NCBI GenBank assembly: GCA_009700025.1 | Contig: WLMW01000002.1 | Span: 9,411-73,410, forward strand | DNA: 64,000 bases | DNA from: Actinomycetota bacterium | Lineage (GTDB): Bacteria > Actinomycetota > Actinomycetes > Nanopelagicales > Nanopelagicaceae | Direction of reading: 5' to 3' | In this document: positions 29,907 through 39,702 of the stretch, piece by piece | How the letters are laid out: each line of letters opens with the position of its first letter | Numbering within the stretch: the stretch's first letter is position 1 | Position numbers and translations under genes: made by a program | The notes under the pieces: generated by a model | Seen by the model: only the letters and a program-made list of their open reading frames with translations | Told to the model about the DNA's origin: nothing | Databases searched by the model: none

Positions 29907-30065
29907 CTAGGCTTTTGGAAGGAAAGTGCTGATCTTGGTACCGCAGACTGGGCAGACGCCTTTAGCTGTACGGCGACCTGAATCGCTGACGCTAATGGTT
30001 CCTTCCAAGCTCTGCTTTTCCTTGCACTTAACGCAGTAAGCAGTTCCTTTATATGTGTCTGACAT
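29907..30065 (-). CDS. 52-aa zinc-ribbon protein (DUF5679-like); not in ORF track
   Basis: MSDTYKGTAYCVKCKEKQSLEGTISVSDSGRRTAKGVCPVCGTKISTFLPKA*; SD GGAGG; terminator follows. Confidence 0.88.
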   Translation of the reverse strand: MSDTYKGTAYCVKCKEKQSLEGTISVSDSGRRTAKGVCPVCGTKISTFLPKA

Positions 30066-30175
30066 TCACATCCTCCACTCCACACATGCATCCCTAAGGG
30101 ATTTTTCCCGTTAGGGGCAGGCGTTGTTATTTAAGAGGATACCCCCGAAAACCATGTTTTGAGGCTAATCAGGGC

Positions 30176-30775
30176 CTATTTATTGAGAAGTTTCTTGAGC
30201 TCATTTGGCATGGCGAGCGCGGTTTCAGCTGCTTCATAGCCATCCAAGTAGGCAGATGCCACCTCTGCCTGAGGAAATCGTGCCAATATCGCCTTAAATC
30301 TCTCTCCATGATCACTTATCTCTAGATGAATAGCCTCATGGAATAGGACGTAATCCAATGCGGTGGCTGGCGCACCTTTGAGGCGATCTGAAATCCGGAT
30401 AGTGCGGTCCACGCTGGTGCAAGATCCCCACCGCTCGCGCATAGCGCGCCAGCCGACCATTGCAGGCCGTATTGTGATTTCTGGCGCTAACTGCAGGAGT
30501 AGTTCATCAATCCTCGTGGCCAAAGCGCTCTCACTCATGGTGATGGCAGCCTCCTGGGCACGTATCTTTGCGACCATTTCAGGCACCATCGCCCGCTCAT
30601 CAGCTTTACTCATTCTTGCAGGAATAGAAACCACGATGCGACCACCTGCCCTATACGCAGAGATATTTTTCTTACGGCGCGTAGAGCGAATCACCACAAT
30701 TTCACCCTCAGAAATTCCAGGAAGGATGGCATCTCGGCCCAATTGCCCGTCATCAGCGAAATCATCCTCGTCCAT
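30176..30775 (-). CDS. YgjP/DUF45 (M48/SprT-like) metallopeptidase
   Basis: RSTRRKK, RWGSCT..IRIS, DYVLFHEAIHL...H; start uncertain. Confidence 0.85.
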   Translation of the reverse strand: MDEDDFADDGQLGRDAILPGISEGEIVVIRSTRRKKNISAYRAGGRIVVSIPARMSKADERAMVPEMVAKIRAQEAAITMSESALATRIDELLLQLAPEITIRPAMVGWRAMRERWGSCTSVDRTIRISDRLKGAPATALDYVLFHEAIHLEISDHGERFKAILARFPQAEVASAYLDGYEAAETALAMPNELKKLLNK

Positions 30776-31027
30776 AAAGCTATCTACTACCACCATCCGA
30801 AGGTATCTGTCCGCCAGCAACTATCAAACAACCTCAACCATGTGTTGAGAGATTTAATTTTTAACTCAGGTTGGCTGCTCTGGAGTCTCAAAGTACTCAT
30901 GCTTGACCAAGAGCCAACGGCTGCTCATCGGTCCATTACGCAATTCTTTCCCAATACACGATAAAAAAGTAGTTTGTCAAAGTGGTGCTCAGTTGATTCT
31001 CAGGCCGTTTCCATTTACTTTACAACT

Positions 31028-31110
31028 ACGAACTCCTCGGATAACCGTTCTATGTCAGCAAGGGGAAGGCTGACACAGAATGAGCGCCCGGGGAGTTCGC
31101 TTTTCTTTTT
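31028..31110 (+). ncRNA. Candidate ~80-nt small RNA (unassigned family)
   Basis: TTGATT-N17-TACTTT promoter (30993-31021); long two-part hairpin 31029-31099; TTTTCTTTTT tail; no ORF. Confidence 0.6.
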
Positions 31111-31146
31111 CAGAGCAGCACAACTTTCTAGAAGATTTGCATCACT

Positions 31147-32463
31147 TTAGAGTGAAGATAAGTCATCCGGAATTTCGATACTTGTAAGAAAGTTTTCGGG
31201 CGTCAATAAGTCCTCTGAAGTTGGCAAAATTCCACTCCAGATTTGATCTCGCACTTCCACACTTCGCAAAGTTCCAACTGACTTCCAAAAAGAAGATGCC
31301 TCCCGCGCAAGTCGTGGTGACACTTGCAGGCCAAAAAGATTTGAAAACAATTGCTGAGTCGGTGCAGATGTTGCACGTCGTCGCCGTAGCGTTTCTTGCA
31401 AAGCAGAAATATTTGGTAAACGATCTCCAGCGGCGATTGCAACTATAGTTTCGCTCCAACCATCAACAAGTGCAAGTACTGTTTCTAATTTAACTAACGC
31501 TTCTCGCTGTGTTGGCGTCTCTTCGGGTGTGAAAATTCCTTCATTAAGCGCCATCGTAAAACTTTCAGGATTTGTTGGATCGAAATCTGTAGCCCCTGAA
31601 GTAGAAGCTTCGAATAACTCTTGTGCTTGATTTTGTATCGCATTGATATCGATGTGAATACCGCGTGCATACTCTGAAATTGCACTCTTGATATAGGAAA
31701 CTAGCCAAGGGTTATGCGCAAATAATCGCGCTCCTGCACTTTCACGAAGCGCATGAAATATACGTACTTCATCGATGGGAATGTCTAAATCGCGTGCCCA
31801 CTCATTAATGTTTTCAGGAACCAATGCTGGAGACACCGGATCTACCAGCGGGAGGCCAACATCATGAATTCCTGTGGAAGTCCCAGCTAATCCTCCGATT
31901 GATTGACCTAACTGGGTGGCCATTAGTGTGCCAATAAATGAACGGAGCAGAGTGGCAATCATTTCAACGGGAATTTGCATCTGCGATTCTGGCGACATAC
32001 CTAAATTTTCACCAGCGGAGTCATTAAGCAACTCTGACATGGCACTGGTTAAGCCCAAAGCAAGCGGCTCTACACAACTCTGCCAACCTTTAAGAGTTGA
32101 ATCAACCCAATCGGTTCGGGCAAGGGTGGGGTTTCCAATTGCTGTTGACTGAGGGAAAAAAGTTGCCTCGTTCAGCCACAACTCAGCAATTGCAAAGGCT
32201 TCATTAACTTTTGCAACATCGTTTGCACCTATGGGAGCCGAACCTTTTGCAGTAACAAACTTCTTCGCAGTATCTCGAACTATGGTTTTGGGTAAAACTT
32301 CGCTAGATGGTGCAAAACCAGGATCCGCCATTCCTAATTTTGAGAACTGGTCTTGAATCTCCTGCTGCATTTTTTGCATCATTGCAGCAAAATCAACCGA
32401 TCCATCGCCATTATTTTTTTCGGCGTCGTCGGAGTTATCAGGCGTAAATCCAAATGGCGTCAT
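31147..32463 (-). CDS. Zinc-dependent metalloprotease-like protein (Rv3195/DUF2342-type)
   Basis: RTDWVDSTL.GW, ALRESAGARLF, LETVLALVDGW, LRRRRAT, LFGLQVSPR. Confidence 0.8.
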   Translation of the reverse strand: MTPFGFTPDNSDDAEKNNGDGSVDFAAMMQKMQQEIQDQFSKLGMADPGFAPSSEVLPKTIVRDTAKKFVTAKGSAPIGANDVAKVNEAFAIAELWLNEATFFPQSTAIGNPTLARTDWVDSTLKGWQSCVEPLALGLTSAMSELLNDSAGENLGMSPESQMQIPVEMIATLLRSFIGTLMATQLGQSIGGLAGTSTGIHDVGLPLVDPVSPALVPENINEWARDLDIPIDEVRIFHALRESAGARLFAHNPWLVSYIKSAISEYARGIHIDINAIQNQAQELFEASTSGATDFDPTNPESFTMALNEGIFTPEETPTQREALVKLETVLALVDGWSETIVAIAAGDRLPNISALQETLRRRRATSAPTQQLFSNLFGLQVSPRLAREASSFWKSVGTLRSVEVRDQIWSGILPTSEDLLTPENFLTSIEIPDDLSSL

Positions 32464-32532
32464 GTGTTAATCCTCTCAGGAGGGTAACCAGATATCCATC
32501 CGATTTCTTCCCGCAACCGATAGGCTGACACC

Positions 32533-32790
32533 ATGTCGAGCGCAGCTACAGCCTTAATTTGGTGGATTGTTCCTGCGATGGGCCTTATTGGTGGACTTGG
32601 TTATGTTTTATGGATCTCTAAATTTCAGGGAAAGTATCAGCAAGGGACTCAACGTTCGGTAAGCCAGTTCCAGCGCTTTCAAGATTCACTTCGAGATTCT
32701 CAAGCTCGTGATGCAAGCGGGATTAATACAAATCTTCCACACAATAACTCTGCAAACACATCAGACTCTGGTCCAGAGCCAACTAGCTAA
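32533..32790 (+). CDS. Small single-TM protein, hypothetical
   Basis: N-terminal TM; TAGGCT 6 nt upstream of ATG. Confidence 0.6.
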   Translation: MSSAATALIWWIVPAMGLIGGLGYVLWISKFQGKYQQGTQRSVSQFQRFQDSLRDSQARDASGINTNLPHNNSANTSDSGPEPTS

Positions 32791-32803
32791 CCTGGTTTAA
32801 GTA

Positions 32804-33556
32804 ATGCGATTCTCCCCGCTGCCCAGAATAGTTATTGCCATACTCACAATTTTTTTTACATGTGCACTTATTGCGCCTTTACCTTTTGCAATAGTAATGC
32901 CCGGATCTGCGCAAAACATTTTTGATTCAATCATCACTGTGAAGAATCAAAAGTCGTACCCAGCAACTGGACGGCTAGATTTAATGTCTGTGCGAGTTAC
33001 AACTCCCAATAATTGGTTGATTGGACCAGAAATTCTCTACTCGTGGTTGCGCGGTGATGAAGCGATTTATCCACGTGCTGCAATTTACCCACCTGGAACA
33101 ACCGCTGAATCTGAAAAGAAAAGTGCGACAGCTGATATGACCAACTCGCAGAACAAGGCAATCAATTCAGCGTTGAACTTTCTAAAGGCAAACCCACAGT
33201 ACGGTGTCACAAAAAATCTTTTGGTGGAAAAGAATATTCACTTTGATGTGAAGCGCACAGGGGGTCCTAGCGGAGGAATGACTTTTGCAATCGGTGTTAT
33301 TGAACTATTAACTCCTCAGGATATTTTAAGGGCTCGTCACATCGCAGGGACTGGATCTATTTCTGCCGATGGGACAATCGGTCCTATCGGCGGTATCAAC
33401 GAGAAAATTCGTTCAGCGCGAGCCGCCGGGGCTGAAATATTCCTAGCCCCAGCAGGTAATCGGAAGGAGATCAAAAACCCTCCTGAAGGCATTTCTATAG
33501 TCATAGTCTCCACTCTCACCGATGCCATAAATGCACTAGCGTTATCCCATGACTAA
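32804..33556 (+). CDS. Lon-like S16 peptidase (YlbL/Rv3194c-type), apparently without PDZ
   Basis: GGPSGGMTF, IAGTGSI..DG.IGPIGGINEK. Confidence 0.85.
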   Translation: MRFSPLPRIVIAILTIFFTCALIAPLPFAIVMPGSAQNIFDSIITVKNQKSYPATGRLDLMSVRVTTPNNWLIGPEILYSWLRGDEAIYPRAAIYPPGTTAESEKKSATADMTNSQNKAINSALNFLKANPQYGVTKNLLVEKNIHFDVKRTGGPSGGMTFAIGVIELLTPQDILRARHIAGTGSISADGTIGPIGGINEKIRSARAAGAEIFLAPAGNRKEIKNPPEGISIVIVSTLTDAINALALSHD

Positions 33557-36386
33557 TTCAGCCCCCCAGTTCAATTTTAGACGTCGTCGCGGTCCACTAC
33601 CTATAACAATCGGAATCCTCGCCGTTATCGGCGTTGCTCTAGTTTCCTTGAGTGGCTTTTATGCCGATTGGCTCTGGTTTAAATCCGTAAACTTCACCTC
33701 AGTCTGGTCCACTGTATTGCTCACTAAAGTTGCGCTATTTATAGCCTCGGGGCTAATTACAGCAGCTCTTGTTCTATTCAATGTACTTGTTGCATACAAG
33801 CGCCGCCCTCTTTACGTACCTCTAACTGTTGAAGCTGACAATCTTGAAAGATATCGTTCCCAGATTGAACCAATTAAGCGATGGGTCTTCGTTGGATTAG
33901 GAGCTGCACTTTTTTATTTTGCTGGAACTTCAGGTTCAACCTTATGGTCAACTTGGCTGCTATTTAAAAACTCAACACAATTTGGAATAAAAGATCCGCA
34001 GTTCCAGATGGATATTTCATTCTTTGCTTTCAGACTGCCATTTTGGCAGACACTGATTGCGTGGGGAATATCAACTCTGGTTCTTGCAATTATTGCGTCC
34101 ACAATTGTGCACTACCTTTATGGCGGAATTCGTCTTCAGGTTCAAGAGGATCGAACAACCGTTGCAGCTCGAGTACAACTTTCTGTACTTCTTGGCGGAG
34201 TAGTCCTTTTGAAGGCAGTCGCATACTGGTTTGATCGCTATGCCCTTGCCTTAAAAGAAAGCAAGTTGATTACTGGACTGACTTACACAGACGTGAATGC
34301 AGTGCTACCCGCAAAAGCTATTTTGGCCGCTATCGCAGTTGTCTGCGCACTCTTGTTTTTTGCAAATATCGTTCGTCGATCTTGGGTATTACCAGCAGCT
34401 GGTACTGCACTGCTTATAATTTCCTCGGTGCTTATTGCTGGAATCTATCCAGGTGCGATTCAAACATTCCAGGTGAAACCCAGTGAATCCTCAAAAGAGG
34501 CACCTTTTATCCAGCGCAATATAGATTCAACCCGAACCGCATATGGTTTAGATAAAGTCGAAGTAAGTGATTATCAAGCCACGTTGACTACTTCCGCTGG
34601 GCAGCTTTCGAAAGATGCAGCGACAATTGCCAATATTCGCTTGATGGATCCAAATGTGTTGCCTGCGACTTTCCGCCAACTCCAGCAGATCAAGCCTTAC
34701 TACACCTTCCCTGATTCACTCGACGTGGATCGATATATGGTTGATGGCGTGATGCGTGACACTGTTGTGGCAGTACGCGAATTAAATATTAATGGCAACC
34801 CTTCACGTAACTGGATTAACGACCACCTTGTGTACACACATGGTTTTGGTTTCGTAGCAGCTTACGGAAATACGCGCGATGCTGACGGTAAGCCTTCATT
34901 TGCAGTTGGTGATCTTCCACCAACTAAAGGCCTGGGTAATTTTGAGCCCAGAATTTACTTTGGTGAAAATGTTCCTGATTACTCAATTATCGGTGGCGTA
35001 AAGACAGATAGCCCTGTTGAGTTTGATTATCCTGATGATGCATCAGCAAATGGACAAAAGAACTTTACTTATACAGGAACAGGTGGAGTGCCAGTTGGCT
35101 CGCTGATTAACAAACTTGTATTCGCATTAAAATACCAGGAGCAAAGAATTCTTCTCTCTTCTTTAATCAATAAAGATTCTAAAATTCTCTTCGAAAGAAA
35201 CCCACGCGAGCGTGTAGCAAAAGTCGCTCCATGGTTGACTCTCGATGGAGATCCATACCCAGCTCTTGTTGATGGAAAAGTCCTATGGATTATCGATGGT
35301 TACACAACAAGTGCTGGATATCCATACTCAAAGCAGATCTCCCTATCAAGTGCTACTTCTGATGCGTTAACAGTTAACTCTTCGGCAGTGACTGCACAAG
35401 GTAACCAAAACATTAATTACATCCGTAACTCTGTTAAGGCAACCGTTGATGCATACGATGGAACCGTTACTTTGTACCAATGGGATGCAAAAGATCCAGT
35501 TTTAGCCACTTGGAGCAAGGCTTTTCCTGGAACCATCACGCCAAAATCTAAGATTTCAAAAGATCTTATGTCCCATATTCGCTATCCAGAAGATATGTTC
35601 CGTGTGCAACGTGAAATTCTTTCGTCATACCACGTGCAAACTGCGGCAGCGTTTTACGGCGGACAAGACTTCTGGCGCGTGCCGCGTGATCCATCTACCT
35701 TCGGTGCAAATGCAGGTGCGCAGCCTCCTTACTACTTAACACTCCAGATGCCTGGAGAGGCAAAGCCAGAGTTCGCAATGACTACACCATTTGTTCCACG
35801 CGGTGGTCGAGAAAACTTGTCTGCTTTTGCGGTTGTGAATTCTGATGCTGGACCTAACTACGGCAAGATCACAGTGCTCCAACTGCCTCGCAGTACCAAC
35901 GTTGCAGGACCTTCTCAAGTTGCCTCTAACTTTGAAGCAAAGCCTGAGGTTGCAAACTCCTTGTCACTATTGCGTCAAGGTGGTTCTGATGTGGTTCTTG
36001 GAAACTTGCTCACACTTCCAGTTGGTGGAGGCTTGCTCTATGTACAACCTGTTTATGTGAGGGCGACATCAAATAGTGCGGCTTATCCATTGCTTCAAAA
36101 AGTACTCGTTTCATTTGGAGATCAAATTGGATATGACGACACTTTGAAAGGTGCACTCGATCAAGTATTCGGTGGAAATTCTGGAACAACTTCGACTAGT
36201 GGAACAACAACTTCGACTAGTGGAACAACAAACAATTCGTTGGCCAGTGCATTAGCAAGTGCAAAGCAGGCACTCACTGATGCTCAAGCCGCACTTGCTA
36301 AGGGTGATTTTGCAGCATATGGGCGAGCGCAAGATCGCTTAAAATCTGCTATCGCATCCGCAATAGCAGCGCAGACGAAAAAATAA
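33549..36386 (+). CDS. UPF0182 family membrane protein
   Basis: DWLWF, DPQFQMDISFF.F.LP, NIRLMDP, HLVYTHG, YIRNSVKATVDAYDG. Confidence 0.95.
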   Translation: MTNSAPQFNFRRRRGPLPITIGILAVIGVALVSLSGFYADWLWFKSVNFTSVWSTVLLTKVALFIASGLITAALVLFNVLVAYKRRPLYVPLTVEADNLERYRSQIEPIKRWVFVGLGAALFYFAGTSGSTLWSTWLLFKNSTQFGIKDPQFQMDISFFAFRLPFWQTLIAWGISTLVLAIIASTIVHYLYGGIRLQVQEDRTTVAARVQLSVLLGGVVLLKAVAYWFDRYALALKESKLITGLTYTDVNAVLPAKAILAAIAVVCALLFFANIVRRSWVLPAAGTALLIISSVLIAGIYPGAIQTFQVKPSESSKEAPFIQRNIDSTRTAYGLDKVEVSDYQATLTTSAGQLSKDAATIANIRLMDPNVLPATFRQLQQIKPYYTFPDSLDVDRYMVDGVMRDTVVAVRELNINGNPSRNWINDHLVYTHGFGFVAAYGNTRDADGKPSFAVGDLPPTKGLGNFEPRIYFGENVPDYSIIGGVKTDSPVEFDYPDDASANGQKNFTYTGTGGVPVGSLINKLVFALKYQEQRILLSSLINKDSKILFERNPRERVAKVAPWLTLDGDPYPALVDGKVLWIIDGYTTSAGYPYSKQISLSSATSDALTVNSSAVTAQGNQNINYIRNSVKATVDAYDGTVTLYQWDAKDPVLATWSKAFPGTITPKSKISKDLMSHIRYPEDMFRVQREILSSYHVQTAAAFYGGQDFWRVPRDPSTFGANAGAQPPYYLTLQMPGEAKPEFAMTTPFVPRGGRENLSAFAVVNSDAGPNYGKITVLQLPRSTNVAGPSQVASNFEAKPEVANSLSLLRQGGSDVVLGNLLTLPVGGGLLYVQPVYVRATSNSAAYPLLQKVLVSFGDQIGYDDTLKGALDQVFGGNSGTTSTSGTTTSTSGTTNNSLASALASAKQALTDAQAALAKGDFAAYGRAQDRLKSAIASAIAAQTKK

Positions 36387-36517
36387 TTTCGACGGCAATT
36401 AATAACAGTGCGCGAATTGTGTACTGAGTAAATATTGATTGGTAAGGGCCATTTTCATGGGTTTTCATTCATGGATTTGGTCTTTATCTGCTTCACGCCT
36501 AAGATTGCCGATACCGA

Positions 36518-36594
<77 letters not shown>

Positions 36595-36608
36595 GATCAG
36601 AAAAAGTA

Positions 36609-36648
36609 AAAATCTCGCAGTGGATTACTTAGCCACTGCGAGATTTTT
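36609..36648. terminator. Bidirectional terminator between tRNA and copA
   Basis: AAAATCTCGCAGTGG...CCACTGCGAGATTTT perfect stem. Confidence 0.85.
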
Positions 36649-38890
36649 ATTTGATTCTCAAAGAATTTGTGACGACAAACAATGATGACAATGCCATAGC
36701 AGCCGCTGCATAGATAGGCCGAAGCATTCCGAGAGCAGCTATTGGTAGGCCTATGACGTTATATATCAATGCCCAACCCATGTTTAAGTGAATAATCTTT
36801 AGAGTTTTTTTAGCAATTTTAAGTGCATCTATCACGCTACTAAGGCCGGAATTCATTAGAGTTATATCGGCGCTTGAAATTGCAGTATCAGTTCCTGTTC
36901 CCATTGCCATCGATAAATCTGAAGCCGTTAAGGCAGCGGCATCGTTAATTCCATCACCAATCATTAATACGCAGTGTCCTTCAGACTTTAACTTTTCTAC
37001 AATCATTAATTTAGTCTCAGGAATAGCTCCGGAGACAACATGCGCCATATCGATTCCAACAGTTGTTGCAACTGAACCAGCAACTTCAGCACTATCACCG
37101 GTTACCAGCCATGGCGTGATTCCCATTGCTTGGAGCGCTTTAATAGTTTCGGCTGCATCCTTCTTTAATTGATCTCCGACGGCAAAAACCGCAAGTGCGA
37201 CGCCATCCCACGCAAGAACAGAGACAGTTAGGCCAGCTTCTTGACCATGTGTAATTGCGAGCTTTATTTCCGGATGAAAATCTGTACAGCTATGGGCAAC
37301 AGCGGCGGGAGAACCAATTAAGACAACTGGGGATACATTGCCAAGATTTACTCGTCCAGCTGCACCTGCACCTGGAGTCACAGAAAAATCAGTAACTTCA
37401 TACTTCGTCGCCCCTTGTCCAAGTGTGTGACGTGCGATTGCAAGTGCAACTGGATGCGAATTCTGTGATTCGACTGCCAAAGCAGATGAGAAAATTAGTT
37501 TCTCATTGATGAGTGAAGCAAAGTTGCTTCCTAAGACTCTTCCGGCTGAAGTGGATACTGTGGCTTCAACAACATTCATTACACCTTGAGTCAGGGTTCC
37601 GGTCTTATCAAAGACAACCGTATTAACTGTGCGTGCAACTTCTAACGCACGAGGTTCCCGCAGCACAATTCCACGCTGAGCCCCGCGCCCAGAGGCAACA
37701 AGTAAAGCCACAGGGGTGGCTAGACCAAGTGCGCATGGACAGGCGATCACTAGGACTGTGATAGCCACAGAGATTGACCTAGTTAAGGTGTGATCTGTGT
37801 AAATCCACCCCAGAAAAACACCAATTGAAAAAATAGTAACTATAGGAACAAAAACAGCACTGATGCGATCTGCTAATCGCTGAATCGGTGCTTTTGTGCC
37901 CTGTGCACTAATGACCATTGCCGTGATGCGAGCAAGTTCAGTGTCACTTCCAATTCTGGTTGCTCGCACAATCAGCCGACCATTGTGGTTTAGTGATGCA
38001 CCAATTACTGATGATCCTGGACGAACATCGACAGGTTTTGATTCACCGGTCAGCATGGAGTTATCAACGGCGCTTTCACCTCTAATAACCATGCCATCGG
38101 TTGCGATGCGTGCACCTGGAAGAACTTCAAACTCATCGCCGATTTCTAGTTGGCCGATTGGAACTATGAGCGGGAATCCCCCACGAACAATTGTTACCTC
38201 TTTGCTACCTAAAGCTAGAAGGGAAGAAAGTGCGGAACCAGCCCTCGATTTTGCACGTGTTTCTAAGAAACGACCCAGGATGACAAAAAAGATTACTCCG
38301 GCAGCAACTTCTGTGTACACGTCACCGACACCCGTTGCATTTGCATATATCGACCATGCAAATGCAGCAATAGAACCCATAGAGATTAAGTTATCCATCG
38401 TCGGATGCTTTAAATTGCGCAGTGCTGCACGGTGAATTGGCCAAGCAACAATTAAAACTACCGGTGCGCTAAGAGCAATGACCAACCAAGCAGTTGGTGA
38501 ATACAAAGGACGTGCAATTCCAAGAGAATCTATCTGGTTAATCATCCACATATCTATGTGATGATGCCAGTCCATGACCATTGAAATAACAACGGCTGGG
38601 ACGGCAAAAATAAAAGCAAAGAACAGCGCTCTACCTGATTTCTTACTATGCAAAGTCACTGACTGGCCATCACGCAAAAGTGATGCTTTATATCCTGCTT
38701 TTTCGACAATCTGGACTAACTTTTTCACATCCATTTCGGTTGTAGCTAAAATATGCGCAGTCTCCGTAGCAAAGTTAACAGACGCACTTACTCCTTCTAC
38801 CGAATTTAAAGCTTTCTCAACCGTGTTAACACACGAAGAGCAAGTCATTCCCTCAATTGCCAGTGTTGTGGGTTCCAAAAGAGTGCTCAT
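36647..38890 (-). CDS. copA: Cu(I)-type P1B heavy-metal ATPase
   Basis: GMTCSSC, TGES, CPC, DKTGT, HP, GDGIND, YN..P, MALSS. Confidence 0.88.
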   Translation of the reverse strand: MSTLLEPTTLAIEGMTCSSCVNTVEKALNSVEGVSASVNFATETAHILATTEMDVKKLVQIVEKAGYKASLLRDGQSVTLHSKKSGRALFFAFIFAVPAVVISMVMDWHHHIDMWMINQIDSLGIARPLYSPTAWLVIALSAPVVLIVAWPIHRAALRNLKHPTMDNLISMGSIAAFAWSIYANATGVGDVYTEVAAGVIFFVILGRFLETRAKSRAGSALSSLLALGSKEVTIVRGGFPLIVPIGQLEIGDEFEVLPGARIATDGMVIRGESAVDNSMLTGESKPVDVRPGSSVIGASLNHNGRLIVRATRIGSDTELARITAMVISAQGTKAPIQRLADRISAVFVPIVTIFSIGVFLGWIYTDHTLTRSISVAITVLVIACPCALGLATPVALLVASGRGAQRGIVLREPRALEVARTVNTVVFDKTGTLTQGVMNVVEATVSTSAGRVLGSNFASLINEKLIFSSALAVESQNSHPVALAIARHTLGQGATKYEVTDFSVTPGAGAAGRVNLGNVSPVVLIGSPAAVAHSCTDFHPEIKLAITHGQEAGLTVSVLAWDGVALAVFAVGDQLKKDAAETIKALQAMGITPWLVTGDSAEVAGSVATTVGIDMAHVVSGAIPETKLMIVEKLKSEGHCVLMIGDGINDAAALTASDLSMAMGTGTDTAISSADITLMNSGLSSVIDALKIAKKTLKIIHLNMGWALIYNVIGLPIAALGMLRPIYAAAAMALSSLFVVTNSLRIK

Positions 38891-39690
38891 GGATTTAGAC
38901 CTTTCATTACTGCGGTATGCAATCTGCCATTAGTTGAAACGCCGCTTCCACCAAAAGGGCCTTGCTGGCCGGATGTATTAGTAAAAACTCCACCTGCTTC
39001 GCGAACAATGATATCCAGGGCCGCCATATCCCACACTGCGAGAGTGGGTTCAACTGCAATATCTACTGCACCTTCGGCTACCAACATGTGTGACCAAAAA
39101 TCTCCCATACCCCGTGTGCGCCAAGCTTGGGAAAGCATTTTTTGAAATGGCTCCAATCTTTCACCAAATCCGATGAAGTCCGAATATGCAATCGAGGCAT
39201 CTTCAATCTCTGCAACTTCTGAAACAGATATCTTTTTTGTAATACCATTAAAATTTACAAATGACCCAGCTCCGCTTGATGCAAACCAGCGCCGAGATAA
39301 TGCAGGTGAACTAGCAACTCCCACAACGACATTGTGAGTTTGGCTTTCACTCACTTCGACGAGTGCAATTAAACATGCCCATGTAGGCACTCCTCGCATA
39401 AAATTCTTAGTTCCATCAATTGGGTCAATTACCCAATAGCGCTTTGCCCCCTTTATCTCGCTACCAAACTCTTCACCTAACAAGCCGTCCTCTGGGCGAT
39501 GTACTGCAAGAGCTTGACGTATCGCGGTTTCTACTGCGCGATCCGCATCAGTAACCGGTGTGTTATCCGGTTTAGTCGTGACAACTAAATCCAATGCTTG
39601 ATAACGATCTAATGCAATTGCATCGGCTAGATCTGCTAGCAGATGGGCTAGAGCTAAATCTTCGCCGTATTGCTGTGTTTCAAATGTCAT
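38887..39690 (-). CDS. hisN: Histidinol-phosphatase, inositol monophosphatase family
   Basis: KPDNTPVTDAD, GEE, DPIDGTKNF, GDFWSHMLVAEG, WD. Confidence 0.88.
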   Translation of the reverse strand: MTFETQQYGEDLALAHLLADLADAIALDRYQALDLVVTTKPDNTPVTDADRAVETAIRQALAVHRPEDGLLGEEFGSEIKGAKRYWVIDPIDGTKNFMRGVPTWACLIALVEVSESQTHNVVVGVASSPALSRRWFASSGAGSFVNFNGITKKISVSEVAEIEDASIAYSDFIGFGERLEPFQKMLSQAWRTRGMGDFWSHMLVAEGAVDIAVEPTLAVWDMAALDIIVREAGGVFTNTSGQQGPFGGSGVSTNGRLHTAVMKGLNP

Positions 39691-39702
39691 AGTGGTTAAA
39701 TC

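Noticed and set aside
28385-30065. TOMM/RiPP biosynthetic cluster
   Set aside because: No YcaO, dehydrogenase or exporter; the small Cys protein is a zinc ribbon, not a leader-core precursor
29900-30091. 63-aa ORF from the track
   Set aside because: Wrong frame; the overlapping 29907-30065 frame has the SD and paired CxxC motifs
31028-31110. SRP (4.5S) RNA or 6C RNA
   Set aside because: No GNRA tetraloop with the CAGG/AGCA symmetric loop, and only one hairpin rather than two C-rich loops
36183-36230. TTSTSG coding repeat in UPF0182 (and QPTAPV repeat in kgd near 48500)
   Set aside because: Short slippage repeats in flexible linkers; ordinary
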